From: an uncultured Gemmatimonadales bacterium | GTDB taxonomy: Bacteria > Gemmatimonadota > Gemmatimonadetes > Gemmatimonadales > GWC2-71-9 | Length of the DNA stretch: 64,000 bases | Direction: 5' to 3' | Assembly: GCA_963739455.1 (NCBI GenBank) | Contig: CAVUAK010000001.1 | Span: forward strand, 1,696,001-1,760,000 | Shown: one piece after another, positions 12,595-23,315 of the stretch | Layout of the letters: each line of letters opens with the position of its first letter | How positions within the stretch are numbered: position 1 is the stretch's first letter | The notes under the pieces: generated by a model | What the model was told of the DNA's origin: nothing | Database searches by the model: none | What the model saw: the letters and a program-made list of their open reading frames with translations, nothing else | Program-made: the position numbers and the translations under genes

Positions 12595-13213
12595 ATGCTT
12601 GCGGAATTCCGTCCCGCGCTGGTGCTGCTGGGGGCCTTCACGCTGCTGACCGGCGTGGCATATCCGGCGGTCGTCACTGTCGGCGCGCGTGTCGCTCTTC
12701 CCACGGCAGGCGGAGGGCAGCCTGATTCGCGAGGGCGACCACGATCCGTGGTTCCGCGCTCATCGGCCAGCCGTTCACCGGTGCCGGCTACTTCTGGGGA
12801 CGTCCGTCGGCGACGGTGCCGGCATACAACGCCGCGGCGTCATCCGGATCGAACCTCGGCCCGACCAATCCGGCCCTGGCCCAGGCGGTGGCTGAGCGCG
12901 TGGCGGCGCTCCGCGCTGTCGATCCAGCGAATACTGCGCCGGTGCCGGTGGATCTCGTCACCGCATCGGGCAGCGGACTCGATCCGCACATCACGCCGGC
13001 GGCGGCCGCGTACCAGGTGGCGCGTGTGGCGCGCGCGCGCGGCATCTCCGGGCCGCGGTTCGCGAGCTCGTCGCTGCGCATACCGAGGACCGCACGTTCG
13101 GCCTGCTGGGAGAGCCGCGGGTCAACGTGCTGCAACTCAACCTTGCGCTGGACAGCCTGTCGCGGCGCGCGCCCCTGACCTCGTCGAGTCGGCGGGCCAT
13201 TATCCTCCTGTGA
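12595..13213 (+). CDS. kdpC: K+-transporting ATPase subunit C (frameshifts; true end 13178 or 13213)
   Basis: [45 protein letters not shown]. Confidence 0.9.
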
Positions 13214-15874
13214 ATGACTAACCCGCGCCGGCCCGACCCCGATGCGCTGCTTGCACTCGTCCGCGAGGAGGAGGCCCGGCAGCATCGCGGGCGCCTGAAG
13301 CTCTTCTTTGGCGCGGCGCCCGGCGTCGGAAAGACCTACACCATGCTCGAGGCCGCGCGCGCGCGTCAGGCCGAAGGGGTGGACGTCGTGGTGGGTGTGG
13401 TCGAGACCCACGGCCGGAGCGAGACGGCACGCCTGACCGAGGGGCTCGCGATCCTTCCTCGGCAGGCTATCGACTACAAGGGCAGTCTCCTGCAGGAGTT
13501 TGATCTCGACGGCGCGCTCGAACGGAAGCCGGCGCTCATCCTCATCGATGAGCTGGCGCACACCAACGCGCCAGGCTGCCGGCACGGCAAGCGCTGGCAG
13601 GACGTGCTCGAGCTGCTGGACAGCGGCATCGACGTCTACACCACGCTCAATGTGCAGCACGTCGAGAGCCTCAATGACGTGGTGGCGCAGATCACCGGCG
13701 TCACCGTGCGCGAGACGGTACCGGACGCCGTGCTCGAGCGTGCAGACGAAATCGAGCTGGTCGACGTCTCCCCCGACGTGCTGCTGCAGCGCCTCCGCGA
13801 GGGCCGCGTCTATCTGCCCGACCAGGCGAGCAGGGCGCTCGAGCGCTTCTTCCGCGAAGGAAACCTCATCGCGCTGCGCGAGCTCGCGCTGCGGCAGACC
13901 GCCCACCGCGTAGATGCCCAGATGCGCGGGTACATGCGGAGCCAGGGCATCCGTGACACTTGGGCTGCCAGCGACCGCCTCGCCGTCTGCATCGGTGCCG
14001 ACCCCGCGGCACTCAAGCTCGTCCGCGCCGCGCGGCGCATGGCGGAGCGGCTGCAGGCACCGTGGACCGCCGTTTTCGTCGAGGTGCCGGGGCAGGTGGG
14101 CGAGGACGCCCGCGACGCCGTGATCCGCGCCTTTCGCCTTGCGGAGGAGCTCGGTGGCGAGACGGTAACGCTGAGCGGGGCCGGCGTCGCCGATGAAATC
14201 CTGGTCTGGGCCCGGGAGCGCAATGTCACCCGGCTCATCATGGGGAAGCCGCAGCGAGAGGGTCTTCGCGCTCGCCTGCGCGGTTCCCTGCTGGATGCAC
14301 TCGTTGCCGGAAGCGGCAGCATCGACGTCTTCGTGATTAGCGGCGAAGCCGATGACGCACCCTCGCCGGAACCAGTTCGGCGACCGCCCCCGTTGGCCCA
14401 GTATCTGTGGGCGGCGGGCGTTGTGGCAGTCGCCACGGCGATCGGTCTCGCCCTGCGGTCGGTGCTCAGCACCACCGACATGGCGATGCTGTACCTGCTT
14501 GCCGCGGTGATCGTGGGATCGCGCGCGCGCCAGCGCCCGGCACTGCTCGCCTCGGTCCTCAGCATCGCGCTCTTCGACTTCTGCTTCGTGCCGCCCTACT
14601 ACACCTTTGCCGTACACGACATCACGTACATCCTGACGTTCGGGATGATGCTGACCATAGCAATCATCATGAGCCGCCTCACCGGGCGCATCCGCGAGCA
14701 GGCCGATGCCTCGCGCGCCCGTGAGCAGCGTACCGCCAGTGCCTACGCCCTGAGCCGGGAGATGGCCGCAGCCCGCGAGCCGCCTGAGATCGCAGCCGCT
14801 GCTACGCGGCACATCGAGGACGCATTCGCCGGCCGTGTCGCCTTCCTGCTCGCCGGTGCGGACGGGGCGCTTGCGACCGATGATGGCGTGGCGCGGTGGA
14901 CCTTCGAGCATGGCCAGATCGCCGGGCTCGGCACCAGTACCCTGCCGGCGTCTCCGGCGCTGTATCTCCCGCTGCAGGCGTCGGATCGGGTGTTCGGCGT
15001 CGTCCGGGTCGAGCCACGCGAGGCCCTGGATGTGGCAGATCCGGAGCAGCGGCAACAGCTCGAGTCGTTCGTGCGGCAGGCGGCGGTGGCGCTCGAGCGC
15101 GCCGCACTCGCCGAGCGGAACCAGGCGAGTCGCATGGAAGTCGAGGCGGAGCGCCTTCGCACCAGCCTGCTGAGCTCACTGTCGCACGACCTTCGGACGC
15201 CCCTCGGCAGCATCGAGGGCGCGGCCAGCAGTCTCCTCGATGCCGGAGCTACACTGTCGCCCGATACACGCCGTGAACTTGCCGAGACGATCCTCGATGA
15301 ATCACGGCGCATGACCCGGCTGGTGGCGAACCTGCTCGACATGATCCGGGTGGAGAGCGGGTCCCTCGCGGTGCAGAAACAGTGGGTGCCGCTCGAGGAG
15401 GTCATCGGTGTAGCGCTCATCCGCCTCGACGCGCGGCTCAGTGATCATCCGGTCACGACCACGCTGCCGCCCGACCTCCCCCTCGTGTGCGTCGATGATA
15501 TCCTGCTCGAGCAGGTCTTCATCAACCTGCTGGAGAATGCCGCCAAGTACACGCCGCCCGGTAGCGCTATCGAGATCTCGGCGACGGCGCGAGACGGTGA
15601 GGTAACGGTGAGCGTTGCCGACCGTGGCCCCGGTATTCCCTCCGGCGACGAGCAGCGAATCTTCGAGAAGTTCTATCGCGCATCGCAGGGCGATGCCGTG
15701 GGCGGCGTGGGACTCGGGCTCACCATCTGCCGCGGAATCATCCAGGCGCACGGCGGTCGCATCTGGGCTGAGCGGCGCGCCGGCGGTGGTGCCGTGCTGC
15801 GCTTCACGCTGCCTCCCGATGGCGCACCACAGGAATCGTCCGACCTGGACCTGGTCGAGGAGGGAGCCGGGTGA
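13214..15874 (+). CDS. kdpD: Sensor histidine kinase KdpD
   Basis: GAAPGVGKT, DELAHTN, USP region, four TM helices, SHDLRTPL, HATPase boxes. Confidence 0.95.
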   Translation: MTNPRRPDPDALLALVREEEARQHRGRLKLFFGAAPGVGKTYTMLEAARARQAEGVDVVVGVVETHGRSETARLTEGLAILPRQAIDYKGSLLQEFDLDGALERKPALILIDELAHTNAPGCRHGKRWQDVLELLDSGIDVYTTLNVQHVESLNDVVAQITGVTVRETVPDAVLERADEIELVDVSPDVLLQRLREGRVYLPDQASRALERFFREGNLIALRELALRQTAHRVDAQMRGYMRSQGIRDTWAASDRLAVCIGADPAALKLVRAARRMAERLQAPWTAVFVEVPGQVGEDARDAVIRAFRLAEELGGETVTLSGAGVADEILVWARERNVTRLIMGKPQREGLRARLRGSLLDALVAGSGSIDVFVISGEADDAPSPEPVRRPPPLAQYLWAAGVVAVATAIGLALRSVLSTTDMAMLYLLAAVIVGSRARQRPALLASVLSIALFDFCFVPPYYTFAVHDITYILTFGMMLTIAIIMSRLTGRIREQADASRAREQRTASAYALSREMAAAREPPEIAAAATRHIEDAFAGRVAFLLAGADGALATDDGVARWTFEHGQIAGLGTSTLPASPALYLPLQASDRVFGVVRVEPREALDVADPEQRQQLESFVRQAAVALERAALAERNQASRMEVEAERLRTSLLSSLSHDLRTPLGSIEGAASSLLDAGATLSPDTRRELAETILDESRRMTRLVANLLDMIRVESGSLAVQKQWVPLEEVIGVALIRLDARLSDHPVTTTLPPDLPLVCVDDILLEQVFINLLENAAKYTPPGSAIEISATARDGEVTVSVADRGPGIPSGDEQRIFEKFYRASQGDAVGGVGLGLTICRGIIQAHGGRIWAERRAGGGAVLRFTLPPDGAPQESSDLDLVEEGAG

Positions 15875-16560
15875 CCGACGGTCCGCTGGTCCTGCTCATC
15901 GAGGATGAGCCGGCGATGCGCCGGTTTCTCCGCGCCGCGCTCGGCACCCACGACTTCCGCCTGGTCGAGGCGGGGACCATGCGCGAGGGGATGGCCCAGG
16001 CGGCCGGTCGCAATCCCGACCTGATCCTGCTCGACCTGGGCCTCCCTGACGGTGACGGGCTCGATGCCACCCGGCAGCTGCGCGAGTGGACGACGACCCC
16101 GATCATCGTGCTCTCGGCGCGCGGGCAGGAGCAGGACAAGGTTGCGGCACTCGATGCCGGCGCCGACGACTATCTCACCAAGCCGTTCAGTGTGGGGGAG
16201 CTGCTGGCCCGCATGCGCGTCGCCCTTCGGCACCGCGCGACTGGCGGCGAAGTGCCCCAGCTCTTCGAGGTCGGTGCGCTCAGGGTTGACCTGGGGCGCC
16301 GCACGGTGACGGTCGCGGAGAACGACGTGCACCTTACCCCGACCGAGTACAAGCTCCTGGCGGTACTGGTGAAGCACGCCGGAAAGGTGCTTACCCACCG
16401 GCAGATCCTGCTCGAGGTGTGGGGCTCGCACAACGCCACCCAGACACAGGCGCTGCGGGTCTACGTCACGCAGCTCAGGCACAAGATCGAGCGGGACCCC
16501 GCGCGCCCCCGGATGCTGATCACCGAGCCCGGAGTGGGATATCGACTGAAGGACGCCTGA
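15871..16560 (+). CDS. kdpE: Response regulator KdpE
   Basis: LLDLGLPD receiver, winged helix ending TEPGVGYRL, follows kdpD. Confidence 0.95.
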   Translation: MTDGPLVLLIEDEPAMRRFLRAALGTHDFRLVEAGTMREGMAQAAGRNPDLILLDLGLPDGDGLDATRQLREWTTTPIIVLSARGQEQDKVAALDAGADDYLTKPFSVGELLARMRVALRHRATGGEVPQLFEVGALRVDLGRRTVTVAENDVHLTPTEYKLLAVLVKHAGKVLTHRQILLEVWGSHNATQTQALRVYVTQLRHKIERDPARPRMLITEPGVGYRLKDA

Positions 16561-16626
16561 GGCCTTGCTCCGCTGGCCACCTGCCCATTTGCTTCCTGTC
16601 CCCTGATCCCTGGTGAGCACCGGCCA

Positions 16627-17648
<1,022 letters not shown>

Positions 17649-17652
<4 letters not shown>

Positions 17653-18521
17653 TCACTGACGAGATCGCCGAAGAGGTGCGGCGACTCGAACTCGCGACGC
17701 GCCGGCTGGTGCGCGACCTCTCGGCTGGCGACTATGCCAGTGCATTCCGCGGGCGCGGCATCGAGTTCCAGGATGTGCGGGAGTACCAGCCCGGTGACGA
17801 CGTCCGCACCATCGACTGGCGGGTGACGGCGCGACTCGGCGTCACCTACCTGCGCCGCCATCACGAGGAGCGGGAGCTCACCATGCTCCTCCTCGTGGAC
17901 GAGAGCGCGTCGGCGCAGGTGGGCAGCCGGCGCCGTACCCGCTCGGAGCTGGCAGCCCAGGTAGCAGCAGTGCTGGCACTCACTGCGGCGCACGCCAACG
18001 ATCGCGTGGGCGCCGCGTTCTTCAGCGATGGGCTCGGCCGCATGGTGCCGCCCAAGAAGGGGCGGCGCCACGCCCTTCGGGTGCTCGGTGAGCTCCTCGC
18101 AGCGCGCGCCATCGGCTCCACCACCGATCTCGCTGCCGCCCTCGACTCGCTCGAACCGCTGCTGCCGCGTCGTGTCGTGCTTGTCATTCTCTCCGATTTC
18201 TACACCTCGGGCTACCAGCTGCCATTGACGCGCCTGGCGCGGAAGCACGAGGTCATCTGCATGCAGCTGCGCGACTCCATCGAGCAGGCGCTGCCTGCCG
18301 TCGGACTCCTCCGGCTGCGCGATCCCGAGAGTGGCGCGCTGGTCACCGTAGACGCGTCCAGCGCTGCCGTGCGCGACTGGGTTGCGGAGCGGCGCGGACG
18401 GTTCGAGGAGACGCTCGCCCACGACATCTACGCGAGTGGCGCGGAACTCGTTCGCCTCGATGCCTCCGGTGATTTCGCCGAGCCGCTGGTGGCGTTCTTC
18501 CGTCGTCGCGCCCGCCGCTGA
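17649..18521 (+). CDS. DUF58 domain protein
   Basis: GRGIEFQDVREYQPGDDVRTIDW, VILSDF. Confidence 0.9.
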
Positions 18522-18529
18522 ACCTTCCA

Positions 18530-19444
18530 ATGCGCCACACGCTTCTCGCCCTGCTGGCCCTGGCCCTTTCGGCCACCCGCGCGCACGCCCAGCACTTCGA
18601 TCTCGAGCTCAACCGTGACAGCGTCAGGCTGGGCGAGGTCGTGGAGTTGCATGCCCGGATTCACATCGGTCCGCAGCAGACCCTCGCGAGCCCCATTCCC
18701 GTGGTGGCGGAAGGCCTCCCCGACGGCGGCCGCGTGGTCGGGGTCGACACCTTGCGACACCAGCAGGACCGAACGCTGCTCCTGGGCACCGTGCGCATGG
18801 CGTTCCTGCGCACCGGCCGGCTGCGCATCCCGCCGCTGCGCGTCATCGTCAAGGCCACGCCCGATGATCGCGGCTTCATGCTCGAGAGCGAGCCGCTCTA
18901 TATCGATGTGGTGCCCTCGCTGCCCGCTGGAAACCCGACGCTGAAGGACATCCGGGACCAGTTGCCGGAGCAGAAGGTTGATCCCTTGATGGTCGCGGCG
19001 GGGATCGCGGCGCTCGCCGCCCTGGCGTGGCTGGTTCGACGGCAGCTCGCGCGCCGTCCCGTGGTGGCCCCGGTGGCCGCTCCTGTTGCCGGGGCGGTAA
19101 CGCCAGCCGATATCGCACGCGCCGCGCTCAGTCGCATCGAGTCGGAGGGATGGGCGGAGCGGGGCGACATGGCCCGCCACTACGAGGCGATCGCGGCGGT
19201 GATGCGTCAGTACCTCGAGTCCATCGATCCCCGGGTGCATGCGGCGCAGACGTCGACCGAGCTGCTGAAGGTGCTCGCTGCACGTCGCTCCAATGGCACC
19301 TGGCACGGCACTGCACAGGTGTTCGGCGACGCGGACCTGGTCAAGTTTGCCGGCGTCTCGCCCGATACGAAGACGGCGCGCGCCTACGTGGCGGGTGCGC
19401 GAAGGGTCATTGATGCGTGGGCGTCCCCCGGGGAGCCGGGCTGA
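18530..19444 (+). CDS. Bat-cluster membrane-anchored hypothetical protein
   Basis: Signal peptide, LKDI + TM helix, ADLVKFA motif typical of the gene between DUF58 and batA. Confidence 0.7.
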   Translation: MRHTLLALLALALSATRAHAQHFDLELNRDSVRLGEVVELHARIHIGPQQTLASPIPVVAEGLPDGGRVVGVDTLRHQQDRTLLLGTVRMAFLRTGRLRIPPLRVIVKATPDDRGFMLESEPLYIDVVPSLPAGNPTLKDIRDQLPEQKVDPLMVAAGIAALAALAWLVRRQLARRPVVAPVAAPVAGAVTPADIARAALSRIESEGWAERGDMARHYEAIAAVMRQYLESIDPRVHAAQTSTELLKVLAARRSNGTWHGTAQVFGDADLVKFAGVSPDTKTARAYVAGARRVIDAWASPGEPG

Positions 19445-20434
19445 TGCGCTTCGCCACCCCCTGGTTCCTCGTCCTGCTGCTCGTGCCGGTCATTCGCCTC
19501 TGGCTGCGACGCCGGAATGACCGCCGCCGAGACGGGGCGGTTGCCTGGGTGTCAGCCGGTGTGCTTGAGGGGCTGCCTCGTACGGTGCGCGCCCGCATGG
19601 CAAGGCTTCCGCGCTGGCTCGAGTTCGCCGGCGCGACCCTGCTGGTGCTGGCACTCGCCCGGCCCCAGCTGGATGCAGGCAAGGAGCAGATCAGGCTGCG
19701 CTCCCGGAACATCATCGTGGCACTCGACATCTCGAGCAGCATGAAGGCGACCGACTTCCAGCCGGGCAATCGCCTCATGGTGGCGCGCTCCACCCTTCGC
19801 GACTTCGTGGCCCGGCGCGAGGGCGACCTCGTGGGCCTCGTGATCTTCTCCGGCAAGGCGTTCCTGCAGGCACCGCTCACCGCCGACATGACGCTGATCG
19901 GGCGGATGCTCGACCTCACCGACATCGGCCAGTTGCCTGACGGCACTGCCATCGGCACGGCCCTCGCCGTGAGCATCAATCAGCTCAAGAAGCTGCCGGC
20001 GGCATCGAGCACCATCGTGCTCATCACCGATGGGGCCAACAACACCGGTTCACCGACGCTTGCCACAGGCCACCGAGATGGCACGTGCGCTTGGCATCCG
20101 GGTGCATGCGATCGGCCTCACCTCCGCCGACACGACGCAATACGACCTGAACGGCGTCTGGAGCGTGCGCACCCGCGCCGCAAAGCTCTCCAAGCGCGAT
20201 GAAGAGACCCTGCGTCGTGTGGCCGATCGTACCGGTGGCACCTTTGCCCGGGCCACCGATCCTGCCGCACTCGACAGCGTCATGCGCGCCATCGATCCGC
20301 TCGAGCGCACTGAGGTGCCCATCCGTGAAGTGCGGGATCACCGCGAGCTCTTTCCGGTCATCCTCTTCTTCGGGCTCCTCCTGCTTGGGCTGCAGGCGGT
20401 CCTCAGTGCCACCTGGCTCCGGACGGTGCCATGA
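19444..20434 (+). CDS. BatA-like VWA domain protein (frameshift near 20060)
   Basis: FATPWFL, ALARPQ, MIDAS DISSSM, GTAIG, LITDG. Confidence 0.85.
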
Positions 20435-22140
20435 TCTTCGCCGTCCCTGCGGTGCTCATCCTGCTCGTGGCGCTGCCGTTCGTGGCGACGTGGCTCATTC
20501 GGCACGCACAGGCCGCTCGTGCCGCCGCGCTCGCGTCGCTCGGCGATCCCGCTGTCCTGGGCAGGACCGGCCTGCGCATCGACCCCGGTTCACGCCGCCT
20601 CCGCGCCCTGCTGCGCACGGCGGCGCTGGCCGCGGGCCTGGTGGCGCTCGCCCGGCCACAGGGTGGCGAGTACGACACGCGCTCCAACCGCTCAGGCCGC
20701 GACCTGCTGATCGCACTCGACCTTTCCCGCTCGATGCTGGTTCAGGACGCTGGTGGAAACCGTCTCGATCGTGCCAAGGCACTGGCGAAGGATCTCGCCA
20801 ACGAGCTCCCGGGCGATCGCGTGGGCCTGGTCATCTTCGGCGGCGCGGCGTTCCTGCAGCTGCCGATGACCAACGATCATGCCGTCTTCGATCGCTTCCT
20901 GGACGCCGCGTCCACCAACGCCATCGACGATCCGAGCACCGACCTCTCGGCAGCTCTTGAGGTAAGCCGGACGGTGTTTGAGCACGAGGGCGGCGACGGG
21001 CATCGCGCGATCGTGCTCCTGACCGACGGCGAGCGGAGCGAGGGCAACCTTGACGGACCGCTCCAGAAGCTTGGCGAGGCGCACGTACCCGTCTTCGCCT
21101 ACGGCATTGGAACGGCGCAGGGCGGCTTCGTGCCCGCCGACCCCGACATGGCCAGCGATTCCGCCAGTCGATGGCATCGCGACAACATCGGCCGGCCGGC
21201 AGAGTCCCGCCTCGACGAAAAGACGCTTCGCCGCATCACGGAAACGTCCGGTGGCGCCTATGCCCGCTGGGATGATCGCGCTGCCCGGCAGGACATGGTC
21301 GCGGCAATCCGGAAAGTCGCCGAGCGACCACTCGGTACCCAGCGGGTGCCGCAGCACGTCGAATTGTTCCAGTGGCCCCTGGCCCTGGCCGTGCTGTTCC
21401 TGGTGCTCGAGCTGCTCGTCGCCGTGACATGGAGCCGTCGTGCTGCCCCTGCGCTGGTGACGGTGCTCCTTCTCATGATGGTGGGCTGCGGCGGCGAGGC
21501 GGGACCCTTCCGGCGGGCCGTGCGCCTGTACCACAAGAGCCGGTATCCCGAGTCATTCGCGCTCTACCAGGGGTTGGCGCAGTCGAAGAATCCGCTGGTA
21601 CAGCTTGGTGCCGGTAATGCCGGCTATCGCGTCAGCCGGTATGAGGACGCGGCGGTAAGCTTCCAGGCCGCGGTCGCTGCGGCATCGCCCGAGACCCGGG
21701 TGGTGGCGCAGTACAATCTTGGCAACGCCTGGTTCCGCGCTGCACAGGCGTCCAAGGAGCGAGCCGCCGATTTCTACGATCGGGCAATTGCCGCGTACGA
21801 GGAGGTGCTCCTTGCAACGCCCGGGGACGAGAATGCCCGCTGGAACCTGGAACTGGCCCTCCGGAAGCGCGACGAGGTGGAGAGTTCCGGCTCGCCTGGC
21901 CGCGGTGGCCGCGCGCTGGCGGGGCAGAGCAGTGGTTCCCAGGAAGGCCTGAACGGCGAGCGGGAGCAGGCGATCGGCGCCATGGCTGGCGGCGGGTCGG
22001 GCGATGCAGCGGGTGAATCAGCCGAGGAGCTGAGCGAGGAGGAAGCGCGCAAGCTGCTCGAGTCGGTGGAGCGCCAGCAACTGTCGGAGCATGAAGGCCG
22101 GCGGCCCAAGGGGAACGGGGGTGACGGCCGGGACTGGTAG
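20431..22140 (+). CDS. BatB/BatC-like VWA + TPR fusion protein
   Basis: ALARPQ, DLSRSM, LTDGE, YNLGNA, ARWNLELA, C-terminal EEARKLL..RDW. Confidence 0.85.
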   Translation: MIFAVPAVLILLVALPFVATWLIRHAQAARAAALASLGDPAVLGRTGLRIDPGSRRLRALLRTAALAAGLVALARPQGGEYDTRSNRSGRDLLIALDLSRSMLVQDAGGNRLDRAKALAKDLANELPGDRVGLVIFGGAAFLQLPMTNDHAVFDRFLDAASTNAIDDPSTDLSAALEVSRTVFEHEGGDGHRAIVLLTDGERSEGNLDGPLQKLGEAHVPVFAYGIGTAQGGFVPADPDMASDSASRWHRDNIGRPAESRLDEKTLRRITETSGGAYARWDDRAARQDMVAAIRKVAERPLGTQRVPQHVELFQWPLALAVLFLVLELLVAVTWSRRAAPALVTVLLLMMVGCGGEAGPFRRAVRLYHKSRYPESFALYQGLAQSKNPLVQLGAGNAGYRVSRYEDAAVSFQAAVAAASPETRVVAQYNLGNAWFRAAQASKERAADFYDRAIAAYEEVLLATPGDENARWNLELALRKRDEVESSGSPGRGGRALAGQSSGSQEGLNGEREQAIGAMAGGGSGDAAGESAEELSEEEARKLLESVERQQLSEHEGRRPKGNGGDGRDW

Positions 22141-22303
22141 CCTGGGCGGACAGCTTGTCCCCGTCCTGCGTGCCACTCGCCACGACTGACCCAACGTGCC
22201 CGCGTCAGGTGTCACATTCACTCCCGCAACCGGCAACACCCGGCCACCCGTAACGACCTGCGGTACCAACGCTTAAACCACCTGGAGATCCTGTCGCTCA
22301 ACG

Positions 22304-22319
22304 CGGCGCGATCGATGCA
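22304..22319 (+). promoter_or_regulatory. Possible sigma54 (-24/-12) promoter
   Basis: CGGCGCGATCGATGCA: GG-N10-GC about 35 bp upstream of next start. Confidence 0.3.
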
Positions 22320-22354
22320 TTGTGTTGGGCTCGTTACCTGTTGGAGTCCCACGA

Positions 22355-23287
22355 ATGATGCTGCACGATCCCACAAACCCGAGCTCAGTCCGTCGCGCCC
22401 CATGGCGACGCCTTCGCGCGTGGCTGCTTGCCGGCGTGGCGCTGCTGGTAGTCGAGGCGAGCCATCCGGCCTGGGGCGACAGTACCGCGTGGGTTGGTAT
22501 CGAGTGGCTGGCAAGCGGCGATGTGCCGGCGAGTGCCTACGATCCCGCCACGACCGCCCTCCTCGCAGACATCCAGCGAAGTTCCTGGGCCTTTATCGCC
22601 CGCCGGGCGCTGGGACTGGTCGATTCCATTCCCGTCGTACCACTGCCGCGCGAGCTTGTGGACCCGCTGACCCTGGGGGTGTACGCCGCACCGCACGACA
22701 TGGTGTACCTGCGCACCTCCCGGCACACCCCACGTATCGATGCCACGAGCGACGCCATCGACGGCGTGCCGATCGGCACTTTCCAGGTCTACGTGCATGA
22801 GCTGGTGCACGCGAGTCAGGCGCGCGATCCGGAGGTGTGGCGGGCACTGTTCCGCGGGGTGCCGCGGCAGAAGGACCTTCGCCGCTACGGCGCGCTCAAC
22901 CCCCTCGAACAGCAGGCCGATGCCGCGAGCTGGGCGCTCACGACGCTGGTGCTCGAGCGCAAGCATGAATGGGTCCGTCACCCGGTGACTGAGGTGAGCC
23001 AGGAAATGCCCGGCGTAAAGCGCATGCTGGGGATCTTCCTGCGGCACCCGGTCTTCACCAACCAGCTCGACAGCCTGGGTCGCTGGCGCGCCGACTCGAC
23101 GGTGGTGCCAGGGGACTCGGTGCTGGCTGACCGGCTCTTCCTGCCGGTGTCGAACAACGCCTGGTCGCGCGCGCTCGCCGTGTTCGGTCTGCAGCAGGAA
23201 GATCCCCGCTGGTGGCGCTGGATGCAGGTCGTTGGGCAGATTCCTGCGGCCAGCCCCGACACAACGGGGCCAGCTCCAGCCGAGTAG
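22355..23287 (+). CDS. Hypothetical exported protein with HExxH zincin-like motif
   Basis: N-terminal hydrophobic segment, VHELVHASQ, downstream EQQAD. Confidence 0.6.
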   Translation: MMLHDPTNPSSVRRAPWRRLRAWLLAGVALLVVEASHPAWGDSTAWVGIEWLASGDVPASAYDPATTALLADIQRSSWAFIARRALGLVDSIPVVPLPRELVDPLTLGVYAAPHDMVYLRTSRHTPRIDATSDAIDGVPIGTFQVYVHELVHASQARDPEVWRALFRGVPRQKDLRRYGALNPLEQQADAASWALTTLVLERKHEWVRHPVTEVSQEMPGVKRMLGIFLRHPVFTNQLDSLGRWRADSTVVPGDSVLADRLFLPVSNNAWSRALAVFGLQQEDPRWWRWMQVVGQIPAASPDTTGPAPAE

Positions 23288-23291
23288 GTAC

Positions 23292-23315
23292 CCGCCCTCC
23301 CCGCCCTCCCCGCCC
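23292..23315. repeat. Nonamer tandem repeat (CCCGCCCTC-type, about 3 copies)
   Basis: cccgccctccccgccctccccgccctc between convergent stops. Confidence 0.7.
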
